Assembly (NCBI GenBank): GCA_038215615.1
Contig: JBBQQR010000001.1
Coordinates: forward strand, 64,001-128,000
Length of the DNA stretch: 64,000 bases
From: Vulcanimicrobiales bacterium
GTDB lineage: Bacteria; Vulcanimicrobiota; Vulcanimicrobiia; Vulcanimicrobiales; Vulcanimicrobiaceae
Direction: 5' to 3'
Shown: piece by piece, positions 27,965 to 36,352 of the stretch
Numbering within the stretch: position 1 is the stretch's first letter
Layout of the letters: each line of letters opens with the position of its first letter
The notes under the pieces: generated by a model
Database searches by the model: none
What the model saw: the letters and a program-made list of their open reading frames with translations, nothing else
What the model was told of the DNA's origin: nothing
Made by a program: the position numbers and the translations under genes

Positions 27965-29179
27965 TTAGAACTGAATGACGCTGGGCGAACCGATACCGAT
28001 TTGGATCTGGAGCTGGGTTGCTTTCAGGCCTCCGACCGTCGGAACGGTATTGGCCGAACACGGCAGCTGCAGACAGTTGAGTTGCTTGATACCGTAAGGC
28101 GCATAATTGGTGGGCCCACCGCTATTGAGCACCAACTGCACGAACGCCGTTGGCCCCAAGCGCTGCGCAATCCCGGCAAAGTAAGCGACCACATGCTGCG
28201 CGTACGGATCGGCCGGCAGATAATCGCGCGAACTTTGCGGCTCTAAGAAAATTTTGGTACTGGGCGTCGGGTTGTACTCGAGATAGAGAATCTGATAGAG
28301 CTGCGCGTGGTTGACTTGATTGAGGCCGGCCGTATGGACGAGCCACGACGGTGCCACGGTGAACGTGCCGAACATTTTCGGCGTCTTTAGGAACGGAACG
28401 GTCACCGCCAGCGAGTAGACCTGCGTCGTGCGCGTGCTGATGCCGAAGTGCGGCACGCCGTTAAAATCGACGAACGGAACTACGTCACCGTTACCGCCCG
28501 AGGCGTTGACCTGCGACCAGCGCGAGACGTAGGTGGGCGTAACGACAATCGGAATCGACCGGCCGCGGAATTTTCCGACGTTGATCAGGTTCTCCCACAA
28601 GCCCAGGAAGAATTTGTCTTTGGTCGTCACGTCAACCGGTGCGCTGATGCCCGTGCATGTGCTCGATGTCACTCCGCCGAGGTCGACGCAGCTCGGATTG
28701 ACGCCTGGAATCGGCGGGAAACCGTTGGGCAGGAAAAACGGAACTTGGCCGCTGTTGAAGCCGACCGGATAATGCTGCAGTTCGTAATAGTTTGCGATGA
28801 CGCTCATCTTCGGGCTGAAGCCGTACCCGGCGACGACATCGGTACCGCCCTGCATCCACTTGTTGCCGAAGCTGCCGATGTTGCCGTACGGATGCGCGAA
28901 CGAGAAATCGACGGTGTAGGTGAAGCCGGTTGGCAGGCCGATTTCCGCTTTGCCTCCGACCGGAGCCTGACCTACGGGCGGCACTTGCGCGACCGTGCCC
29001 GGCGCCACGTTCTGCGCGTTCTTTTTGGCGGCACTTGCGTTCATGGCGTTCTTGATTGCGGTGTTTGCGCCGCGGACGACCGAGCCGTAGGGACCCGTTA
29101 CGTCGGCCAGTGCCGGCGCGCCGGCAAACATAACCGAAATCACACAGAGTGCGCCTGCACGAAAAAAAGAACGAAGCAT
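27965..29179 (-). CDS. Secreted hypothetical protein, possible outer-membrane beta-barrel
   Basis: Signal peptide (ALA-D); alternating aromatic/polar strands; C-terminal Phe. Confidence 0.65.
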   Translation of the reverse strand: MLRSFFRAGALCVISVMFAGAPALADVTGPYGSVVRGANTAIKNAMNASAAKKNAQNVAPGTVAQVPPVGQAPVGGKAEIGLPTGFTYTVDFSFAHPYGNIGSFGNKWMQGGTDVVAGYGFSPKMSVIANYYELQHYPVGFNSGQVPFFLPNGFPPIPGVNPSCVDLGGVTSSTCTGISAPVDVTTKDKFFLGLWENLINVGKFRGRSIPIVVTPTYVSRWSQVNASGGNGDVVPFVDFNGVPHFGISTRTTQVYSLAVTVPFLKTPKMFGTFTVAPSWLVHTAGLNQVNHAQLYQILYLEYNPTPSTKIFLEPQSSRDYLPADPYAQHVVAYFAGIAQRLGPTAFVQLVLNSGGPTNYAPYGIKQLNCLQLPCSANTVPTVGGLKATQLQIQIGIGSPSVIQF

Positions 29180-29218
29180 CAAATCGATCTCCAGCTCCAG
29201 CGGTGTGGGTTTTTGGGG

Positions 29219-32200
29219 TTAGGCGGTAACCGGGGGTTCGCCTTCCGGCTTGCGCCGCAAAACCCATGATTTCACGATGACATAAAGCACGGGCGTGATT
29301 GCTAAGTTTAAGATCGTCGATACGACCATGCCCCCAAAGACCGCCGTCCCGAGCGAATGCCGCGCCGCGCTTCCGGCGCCGCTTGCGAACACGAGCGGCG
29401 TAACGGCGATGATAAACGCCAGCGACGTCATAAGAATCGGGCGCAGCCGTGTCTGCGCCGCGCGTGACGCCGCGGTTATGAGATCGGCGCCTTGCGCCAG
29501 CTGCTGATTTGCAAACTCTACGATAAGAATTGCGCTCTTACTCGCGAGTCCGATCAGCATGACGAAGCCAACTTGCGCATAGGCATCGCTCGCGATATGG
29601 CGGACATCCAGAAAGACGAGGGCGCCGAGAATGGCGACCGGCACGGCGAGCAACACGATGAACGGGTCGACGAAGCTTTCGTACTGAGCGGCAAGAACCA
29701 GAAACACGAAGACGATGCCGACGCCGAAAATTAACGCCGAGAGCACGCCACCTTCGATCTCTTCGCGTGAAATGCCCGACCACTCGTAACTCACGCCCGG
29801 CGGATCGATTTGCGCGGCGAGTTTCTCCATCGCGGCGATGGCTTGCCCCGAACCCTTACCCGCAGCTGCCGATCCGTTGATTTCGATCGATCGGTACAGG
29901 TTATAGTGGTTGATGATCGGCGACGAGAGCCCGAGTTTCGTCGACGCGATGCCGCCCAGCGGAACCATGCCGCCTGTTTTCGATCGCACGTACAAATATT
30001 GGAGCGACTGCATGCTGCTGCGGTACGGCTCTTGGGCCTGGACCATCACGCGATACGAACGGTTGAGATAATCGAAGTCGTTCACGTAGAACGAACCGAG
30101 ATCGGTCTGCATCGTGTTGAATACATCGGTCAGCGAGACACCAATCGATTTGGCTTTTTCACGGTTGATGTGGATCTGCATCTGTGGCGAGTTGATGCGG
30201 AACGTCGTAAAGACGTTGAGCAAATCAGGGTTTTTGTTTCCAAGCCCCATATAGCCGAACGCGGTTCCCATCAGCGCCGGCAGTCCGACGTTGCCGCGAT
30301 CCTCCAGCTCGAATTGAAAGCCGCCGAAGTTGCCGACGCCTTGAATCGCGGGTAAATTAAATGCGAAGACTTGCGCGTCGGCGATGCCGAAGAATTGCAT
30401 TTGTATGCGCTGCAGCAGCGCGGGGAGGGAGTGTTGACCGCCCCGTCGCTGCGACCACGGCGCGAGGCGTGCAAACAAAATGCCGCGGTTGGGCCCGCTT
30501 CCGGTGAAGCTGAAACCGGAAACGTCGAAGACGTGCACGATCTCCGGCTGCCGGCTGAGGATCGCCTCGACGCGCTTCGCGACGCTCAACTCGTGGGCCA
30601 GCGACGAACCTTCGGGCGCTTGTATCGTTACGACGAAGAAGCCCTGATCTTCGTCGGGGATAAACGCGGTCGGCGCGGTGCGGAATAGGAAGAACGTTGC
30701 GATCAGGGCTCCCAGGAAAAGCGCTGCAACGAGGTAGCGCGCGCGCATCATTTTCGGCAGCGTGTCGCGGTACCAGCCGCGGAACGAGGCGAGGCCGTGA
30801 TTGAAGATCACGAACAGCGGAAAATTCGAGTGGAAATCCTTACGGAGCATACGCGCCGACATGACGGGCGTGAGTGTTAACGAAGCAAAAAGCGAGATCG
30901 TGATCGACGCTGCGATCGTCATCGCGAACTGACGATAGAGTTGTCCGGTCGTGCCCGGAAAGAAGGCGACCGGCACAAAAACAGCCAGCAAGACCAGCGA
31001 CGACGCTACGACCGCACCCTGAACCTCGCGCATGGCTGCGGCGGCGCCTTCATTGCCGGTCATGCCTTTCTCTTGAATGAAGCGCGCGATGTTTTCGATC
31101 ACGACGATCGCGTCGTCGACCACCAACCCTGTTGCAAGGGTCAGGCCGAAAAGCGTGATCGTGTTGATCGTAAAGCCGAAGAGCTTCATCACGAAAAACG
31201 TGCCGATCAGCGAGATCGGAAGCGTGACCGCCGGAATAATCGTGGAGCGCGGATCTTGTAAAAAGAGATAGATGACCGCGATGACCAGAAAAATCGAAAG
31301 CAATAGTGTCCAGATAACTTCGCGGATCGATTCGTTCACGAACTCCGAGCTATCGAAGGCCATCTCCCAGGTCACGCCGGGCGGGAACGATTTTTGGAGC
31401 TGCGCGAGTTGCGCGCGCACGCCTTGGGATACTTGCAGCGCATTTGCGGTCGGCAGTTGCAGCACGCCCATGCCGACGACGTTCTTGTTCCCGTCAAATG
31501 CGATGACGCTCGAGTAATCCTCGGCGCCGATTTCAATCTGTGCGACATCGCCGAGCCGCGTGAAGCCGCCGTTCGGGTCGGCGCGGACGATGATATTGCG
31601 GAACTGTGCGGGCGTGCTCAAGCGCCCCTCGGCGTGAACGCTGATCGTGAACGGCTGGTTCGAGCGCTCAGGCGCGCTGCCGATGCTGCCGGCGGCGACT
31701 TCGACGTTCTGCTCCTGCAGCGCGCCGATCACATCGGAGATGGCGAGGCCGCGCCCTTGCAGCTGCGCAGGGTTGACCCACACGCGCATTGCATAACGCC
31801 GCTGGCCGAAAATGATAACGTTGCTCACTCCGGTGACGCGTTTGAGTGAGTTTACAACGTTGAGCTCGGCGTAGTTGCTCAAGAAGAGCTGATTGTATTG
31901 TTTGTTGGTCGAGCGCAGGGCGAGCGCCATCGCGAAAGTGCCGGAGTTTTTCGAGACGGTAACACCGGTCTGCTTGACCTCGTTCGGCAGGCGTCCGAGC
32001 GCCGATTGCACCGCGTTCTGCACGTCGCTGGCCGCGGTGTCGAGATTCGTGCCGAGATTAAAAGTCGCGGTAATCGAGCTCGTGCCGTTGTCTGAACTCG
32101 TCGAGGTGACGTAACGCAGCCCCTCGACGCCGTTGACGGCCTGCTCCAGCGGCGTCGTGACGGCGGATTCCACCGCTTGGGCGTTCGCGCCGGTGAAGTT

Positions 32201-32341
32201 GGCGTTGATCGTTACCACCGGCGGCGCGATCTGCGGGTATTGCGCGATCGGCAAAGTCGGGATGACGATAAGTCCCGCAATAACGATGACCAGGGAACAG
32301 ACGGCCGCGAGTATCGGCCGCCGCAAAAAGAACGGCGTCAT
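29219..32341 (-). CDS. RND efflux permease (HAE1/AcrB family)
   Basis: FFLRRPI, LPIAQYPQIAPP, GLVVDDAIVVIENI, RLRPILMTS; 1040 aa. Confidence 0.95.
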   Translation of the reverse strand: MTPFFLRRPILAAVCSLVIVIAGLIVIPTLPIAQYPQIAPPVVTINANFTGANAQAVESAVTTPLEQAVNGVEGLRYVTSTSSDNGTSSITATFNLGTNLDTAASDVQNAVQSALGRLPNEVKQTGVTVSKNSGTFAMALALRSTNKQYNQLFLSNYAELNVVNSLKRVTGVSNVIIFGQRRYAMRVWVNPAQLQGRGLAISDVIGALQEQNVEVAAGSIGSAPERSNQPFTISVHAEGRLSTPAQFRNIIVRADPNGGFTRLGDVAQIEIGAEDYSSVIAFDGNKNVVGMGVLQLPTANALQVSQGVRAQLAQLQKSFPPGVTWEMAFDSSEFVNESIREVIWTLLLSIFLVIAVIYLFLQDPRSTIIPAVTLPISLIGTFFVMKLFGFTINTITLFGLTLATGLVVDDAIVVIENIARFIQEKGMTGNEGAAAAMREVQGAVVASSLVLLAVFVPVAFFPGTTGQLYRQFAMTIAASITISLFASLTLTPVMSARMLRKDFHSNFPLFVIFNHGLASFRGWYRDTLPKMMRARYLVAALFLGALIATFFLFRTAPTAFIPDEDQGFFVVTIQAPEGSSLAHELSVAKRVEAILSRQPEIVHVFDVSGFSFTGSGPNRGILFARLAPWSQRRGGQHSLPALLQRIQMQFFGIADAQVFAFNLPAIQGVGNFGGFQFELEDRGNVGLPALMGTAFGYMGLGNKNPDLLNVFTTFRINSPQMQIHINREKAKSIGVSLTDVFNTMQTDLGSFYVNDFDYLNRSYRVMVQAQEPYRSSMQSLQYLYVRSKTGGMVPLGGIASTKLGLSSPIINHYNLYRSIEINGSAAAGKGSGQAIAAMEKLAAQIDPPGVSYEWSGISREEIEGGVLSALIFGVGIVFVFLVLAAQYESFVDPFIVLLAVPVAILGALVFLDVRHIASDAYAQVGFVMLIGLASKSAILIVEFANQQLAQGADLITAASRAAQTRLRPILMTSLAFIIAVTPLVFASGAGSAARHSLGTAVFGGMVVSTILNLAITPVLYVIVKSWVLRRKPEGEPPVTA

Positions 32342-32363
32342 CCTTCGACAGGCTCAGGACAGG
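32341..32363. repeat. Palindromic repeat core, copy 3 (abuts the RND start codon)
   Basis: TCCTTCGACAGGCTCAGGACAGG; minus strand reads CCTGTCCTGAGCCTGTCGAAGG-ATG. Confidence 0.75.
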
Positions 32364-32377
32364 CTACGAGCACTGAA

Positions 32378-33259
32378 TTATAGGAAAGCCTGTTCGGCGT
32401 GATAGGAGCTGCGCGAAAGCGGGCTCGAAACGACTTGATGGAAGCCTTTGGTTCGCGCGAGAACCCCAAGTTGCGCGAATTTCTCCGGATGCACGAAAGT
32501 TTCGACGGGCAGATGTTTTTTCGTAGGCTGCAAATACTGGCCCATCGTGAAGATGTCTACGCCCACTGAGCGCGCGTCGTCCATGACGTGCTCGATCTCT
32601 TCGTCGGTCTCGCCTAGTCCGATCATGATCGAGGTTTTCGCGTAACGTTCCGGCGCGCGTTTCTTGGCGTGTTCCAAGATGCTTAGCGATTGGTCGTACT
32701 TGGCGCGCTTGTCGCGAACGCGCGGCGTAAGCCGGCGTACCGTTTCCAGGTTGTGCGCGAAGACGTCGGGTTTCGCGTCAAGGACGATGTCGAGCGCGTT
32801 GAGGTCGCCGCGATAGTCGCCGCTCAAAATCTCCACGCGCGATCCCGGTACGCGTTGGTGAATCTCGCGCACGGTATTTGCGAAGATGAGCGCGCCACCA
32901 TCGGCCAGGTCGTCACGGTCGACGGCCGTCAGCACCAAATACTTCCAGCCCAGGTCGCGGACAGCTTCGGCGACGCGCACCGGCTCCATCCAGTCAACAA
33001 CGCCCTTCGGATTTCCGGTCTTTACGCTGCAGAAGCGGCAGCCGCGCGTACACGTGTCGCCGAGAATCATAATCGTCGCGGTTCCGGCGCCCCAGCACTC
33101 CGCGAGGTTTGGGCACATCGCTTCTTGGCAGACCGTGTTCAAGCGCAGCCCCGTTACTTCGCGCTTCACGCGCTCGTAATCGTCGCCGTGCGGCAGTTTC
33201 ACTTTCAGCCACTCCGGCTTCGGCACGCGCTGCTCGCGGGTTAAGTCGACGTGAATCAC
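32378..33259 (-). CDS. lipA: Lipoyl synthase
   Basis: KPEWLK, CQEAMCPNLAEC, CTRGCRFC, HNLETV, GQYLQP, RSSY. Confidence 0.98.
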   Translation of the reverse strand: MIHVDLTREQRVPKPEWLKVKLPHGDDYERVKREVTGLRLNTVCQEAMCPNLAECWGAGTATIMILGDTCTRGCRFCSVKTGNPKGVVDWMEPVRVAEAVRDLGWKYLVLTAVDRDDLADGGALIFANTVREIHQRVPGSRVEILSGDYRGDLNALDIVLDAKPDVFAHNLETVRRLTPRVRDKRAKYDQSLSILEHAKKRAPERYAKTSIMIGLGETDEEIEHVMDDARSVGVDIFTMGQYLQPTKKHLPVETFVHPEKFAQLGVLARTKGFHQVVSSPLSRSSYHAEQAFL

Positions 33260-33972
33260 GCGACCGAACGCCCCTCGACTTGCGCACTAACGTGCGCAGC
33301 TCGGGGTCCTTCGACGAGCTCAGGATGACAATCCGGGACCCACTCTAACGAAAATTCACGAGCGAACGCGTCGAGCAATGCATCACGTGCTTCCGCGATC
33401 GAAACGGCGCGGCCGGTTTCTTTCGAGAGGCTCGTGAGTCCGCGATCGCTCAAGCCACACGGATGTATGAGCGCGTCGTAGTTGAGATCATTGGAGACGT
33501 TGAGCGCGATGCCGTGCATCGACGTCATCTTTCTTACCGCCAACCCGATCGCGCAGAGTTGATCGTTGCCCACCCAAACGCCCGCATGATCGGCGAACCG
33601 TTCTCCGCGAACGCCGAACCGTGCGCAGGCTTCGATGACCGCGCTCTCAAGCGCGCGGACGAGCGGAACGACTTCGCGAAAGCGCGCCAGGCGCCGTATC
33701 GGGTAGACGACGAGTTGCCCGGGACCATGAAACGTAACGTCGCCGCCGCGTTCGATCTCGACGAGATCGATGCGGCGCTCCGCCAGCGCTTCCTTTGAAA
33801 GAAGAACATTGCCGGTCTTGGCGTTGCGCCCGAGCGTAATAACCGGCGGATGCTGTACGAAGATCCACGTCTGGGGGTCTTGGCCGCTGCCGACCCGTTC
33901 GTGTAACTCGCGCTGCATCTGCCAAATCTCGCGGTAAGGCCGCAACCCTAGGTCGAGCACCCTGGCGTTCAT
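33256..33972 (-). CDS. lipB: Octanoyltransferase LipB (C-terminus extended by repeat)
   Basis: QHPPVITLG, RGGDVTFHGPGQLVVYPI, AIG, HGIALN, PCG; the usual KI motif reads QL. Confidence 0.93.
   Translation of the reverse strand: MNARVLDLGLRPYREIWQMQRELHERVGSGQDPQTWIFVQHPPVITLGRNAKTGNVLLSKEALAERRIDLVEIERGGDVTFHGPGQLVVYPIRRLARFREVVPLVRALESAVIEACARFGVRGERFADHAGVWVGNDQLCAIGLAVRKMTSMHGIALNVSNDLNYDALIHPCGLSDRGLTSLSKETGRAVSIAEARDALLDAFAREFSLEWVPDCHPELVEGPRAAHVSAQVEGRSVA
33271..33330. repeat. Modular palindromic repeat, copy 4 (inside lipB 3' end)
   Basis: CCCCTCGAC-[TGCGCAC-TAAC-GTGCGCA]-GCTCGGGG-TCCTTCGACGAGCTCAGGATGACA. Confidence 0.85.
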
Positions 33973-33987
33973 TCAGCCTCTAGAATC

Positions 33988-35439
33988 TTATTTTGCAGCC
34001 GCCGGTTGCGGCGCCTTGGGTTTGGGGTTCACGATGTGAATCGCTTTGCCGTGGGCTGCTTCGGCGGCGTCCATGATGCTTTCGGTCAGCGTCGGATGCG
34101 GGTGGATGGAGAGGCCGATGTCTTCGAGCGTGGCCCCCATCTCGAGTGCGATCACGCCTTCGCCGATTAGTGACTCTGCCTGTGGCGCCACGATATGCAT
34201 GCCGAGCAGCATGTCGGTCTTGGCGTCGCCGACGAGTTTGATGAGGCCGTCGGTTTCATTCATGGTGCGCGCTCGCCCGCTGGCTTTGAGCGGGAATTTT
34301 CCGATGCGCAACTCATGACCGGCGGCTTTGGCCTCTTCCTCGGAAAGACCGACAGTGGCGACTTCGGGATCGGTGTAGACGCAATTGGGAATCGCAACCG
34401 GATCGAAGGCGGCGGATTTATCGCCGGCGATCACTTCGGCGGCGATAACGCCTTCTTTCATGGCCTTGTGCGCGAGCAGCGGCATTCCGGCGATGTCGCC
34501 GATCGCGAAAATATTTTTGACTTTCGTGCGGCGCTGCTGGTCGACGTCGACGAAGCCGCGCTCGTTCGTCTGCAGTCCCGCCGCTGGTAAATTCAAATTG
34601 TCGCTGACGGGGCGCCGGCCGACGGCAACGAGGACGCAGTCGAAGTCGCGCGTTTCGTCTTTGCCGTTGGTGCCTTCCCCATTGAATGTGGCTTTGACGG
34701 TCTTGCCGTCTTTCTTCACGGCGCCCACTTTCGTGTTCACCATCATCTCGACGCCCTGTTTTCTCAGAATACGGCCGAGCTCTTTACCGATCTCCAGATC
34801 TGTGCCGCTCAATATCTGCGGCATCATCTCGACGACCAGCACTTTCGCACCAAGCCGGGTATAGACTGTCGCAAATTCTAAGCCGATAACGCCGCCGCCG
34901 ATGATGAGCAGTGTCTTGGGAACCGATTTGAGTTGTACGGCGTCGTCGGAGTTAATGATCGTCTCGCCATCGCGCGGCCAGGCTTTCACGTCGAGGGGCG
35001 CCGACCCGGTCGCGATGACGGCGAACTCCGCCTTTATCGTATCGGTGCCGCCCTCTTTGGTCTTGACCGTGATTTCGCCGGCGCTCTTAAAGGAAGCTTC
35101 GCCGTACATAAATTGCACGTTGTTGAATTTGAAGAGCTGCTTCACGCCGCCCACGTTGGCGTTGACGACCTCGGTCTTGAACTTTGCGACGCCTTCGCGA
35201 TCCACTTGCGCTTTGGGGACTTTGAGCCCGAGAGCGTCGGCATGATCGATCTGCCGCACGATTTCACCGACGTGCAGCAGAGCCTTCGTGGGGATGCATC
35301 CCCAATTCAAGCAAACGCCGCCCACCTCGTCGCGGTCTACGCAAATGACTTTCTTCCCCAGTTGCCCTAACCGGATCGCGGCGTGATAGCCGCCCGGACC
35401 TGCGCCGATAACGACGGCGTCGACTTGATGCTCTGCCAT
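33988..35439 (-). CDS. lpdA: Dihydrolipoyl dehydrogenase
   Basis: GAGPGGY, GGVCLNWGCIPTK, GGGVIGLE, LAHKA, HPHPTLTE. Confidence 0.97.
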   Translation of the reverse strand: MAEHQVDAVVIGAGPGGYHAAIRLGQLGKKVICVDRDEVGGVCLNWGCIPTKALLHVGEIVRQIDHADALGLKVPKAQVDREGVAKFKTEVVNANVGGVKQLFKFNNVQFMYGEASFKSAGEITVKTKEGGTDTIKAEFAVIATGSAPLDVKAWPRDGETIINSDDAVQLKSVPKTLLIIGGGVIGLEFATVYTRLGAKVLVVEMMPQILSGTDLEIGKELGRILRKQGVEMMVNTKVGAVKKDGKTVKATFNGEGTNGKDETRDFDCVLVAVGRRPVSDNLNLPAAGLQTNERGFVDVDQQRRTKVKNIFAIGDIAGMPLLAHKAMKEGVIAAEVIAGDKSAAFDPVAIPNCVYTDPEVATVGLSEEEAKAAGHELRIGKFPLKASGRARTMNETDGLIKLVGDAKTDMLLGMHIVAPQAESLIGEGVIALEMGATLEDIGLSIHPHPTLTESIMDAAEAAHGKAIHIVNPKPKAPQPAAAK

Positions 35440-35488
35440 GAAATTCGGCTTCGACGGGCTCGTGCGCGCCTCCGCCGAAGCACCGGGC

Positions 35489-36337
35489 GTGAAGCCGATT
35501 CAGCGACGGTTGCTTTCTTGGTATGCGAAAAACGGCCGGGCGAGCTTGCCGTGGCGAAAAACACGCGACCCGTACCGCATTCTGGTGAGCGAGTTCATGC
35601 TGCAGCAAACGCAAGTCGATCGCGTTCTGCCGAAGTACCGCGCATTTCTCAAGCGCTTTCCAAGCATGCGAAATTTGGCTGCCGCTTCGCTGGGCGATGT
35701 CATTCGCGAATGGCAAGGGCTCGGATACAATTCGCGCGCCGTTCGATTGAAGCGCATCGCGGAAGCGGTCGTTTTGCAATTCGGCGGGGCGATGCCGCTC
35801 GATCTGCGATCGCTTCGAAGCCTGAACGGCATCGGTCCCTACACTGCCGCGGCGTTGCGCGCGTTTGCCTTTGAGTACGACGACGCGGCCGTCGACACGA
35901 ACGTGCGCCGAGTGGTACAACGTCTAACGCTCGGTACGGAAGAACCGCAAGCGCTCGTTCCGCACGGGCGGGGACACGATTGGAATTCGGCGCTGATGGA
36001 TTTTGGCGCGGCCGTTTGCACGGCGCGGGCGCCCAAGTGCGCGGTCTGCCCGTTAAAAACGGTTTGCGCGTCATTTCCAATCGATCCGTCCGATCTGAAG
36101 CGCAAGCGCGCGACGGCAAAAGCGATCCCGTTCGAAAAGACCACCCGGTTCGCGCGCGGCCGGATTATCGATCGATTGCGCGAGCTGCCTCCGGGAAAAC
36201 GCGTGTCGCTGCTCGTCTTGCACCGCGAACTCGAGCTGCCGGGCCGCTCGGCGCAGGACTTCTCGGCGCTCGTTGAGGCGCTCGCGCGCGACGGTCTGGT
36301 GAGCGTTGCAAACAGGCAGGTCGCTCTTAGCGATTAG
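35489..36337 (+). CDS. mutY: A/G-specific adenine glycosylase, short form
   Basis: LPWR, VSEFMLQQTQV, WQGLGYNSRA, GIGPYTA, DTNVRRV, CTARAPKCAVCPL...C; GTG start re-called. Confidence 0.9.
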   Translation: MKPIQRRLLSWYAKNGRASLPWRKTRDPYRILVSEFMLQQTQVDRVLPKYRAFLKRFPSMRNLAAASLGDVIREWQGLGYNSRAVRLKRIAEAVVLQFGGAMPLDLRSLRSLNGIGPYTAAALRAFAFEYDDAAVDTNVRRVVQRLTLGTEEPQALVPHGRGHDWNSALMDFGAAVCTARAPKCAVCPLKTVCASFPIDPSDLKRKRATAKAIPFEKTTRFARGRIIDRLRELPPGKRVSLLVLHRELELPGRSAQDFSALVEALARDGLVSVANRQVALSD

Positions 36338-36339
36338 CG

Positions 36340-36345
36340 TACACT
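36340..36345 (+). promoter_or_regulatory. -10 box, probable leaderless transcript
   Basis: TACACT 7 nt before ATG 36353; no SD. Confidence 0.45.
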
Positions 36346-36352
36346 CGCGTTA

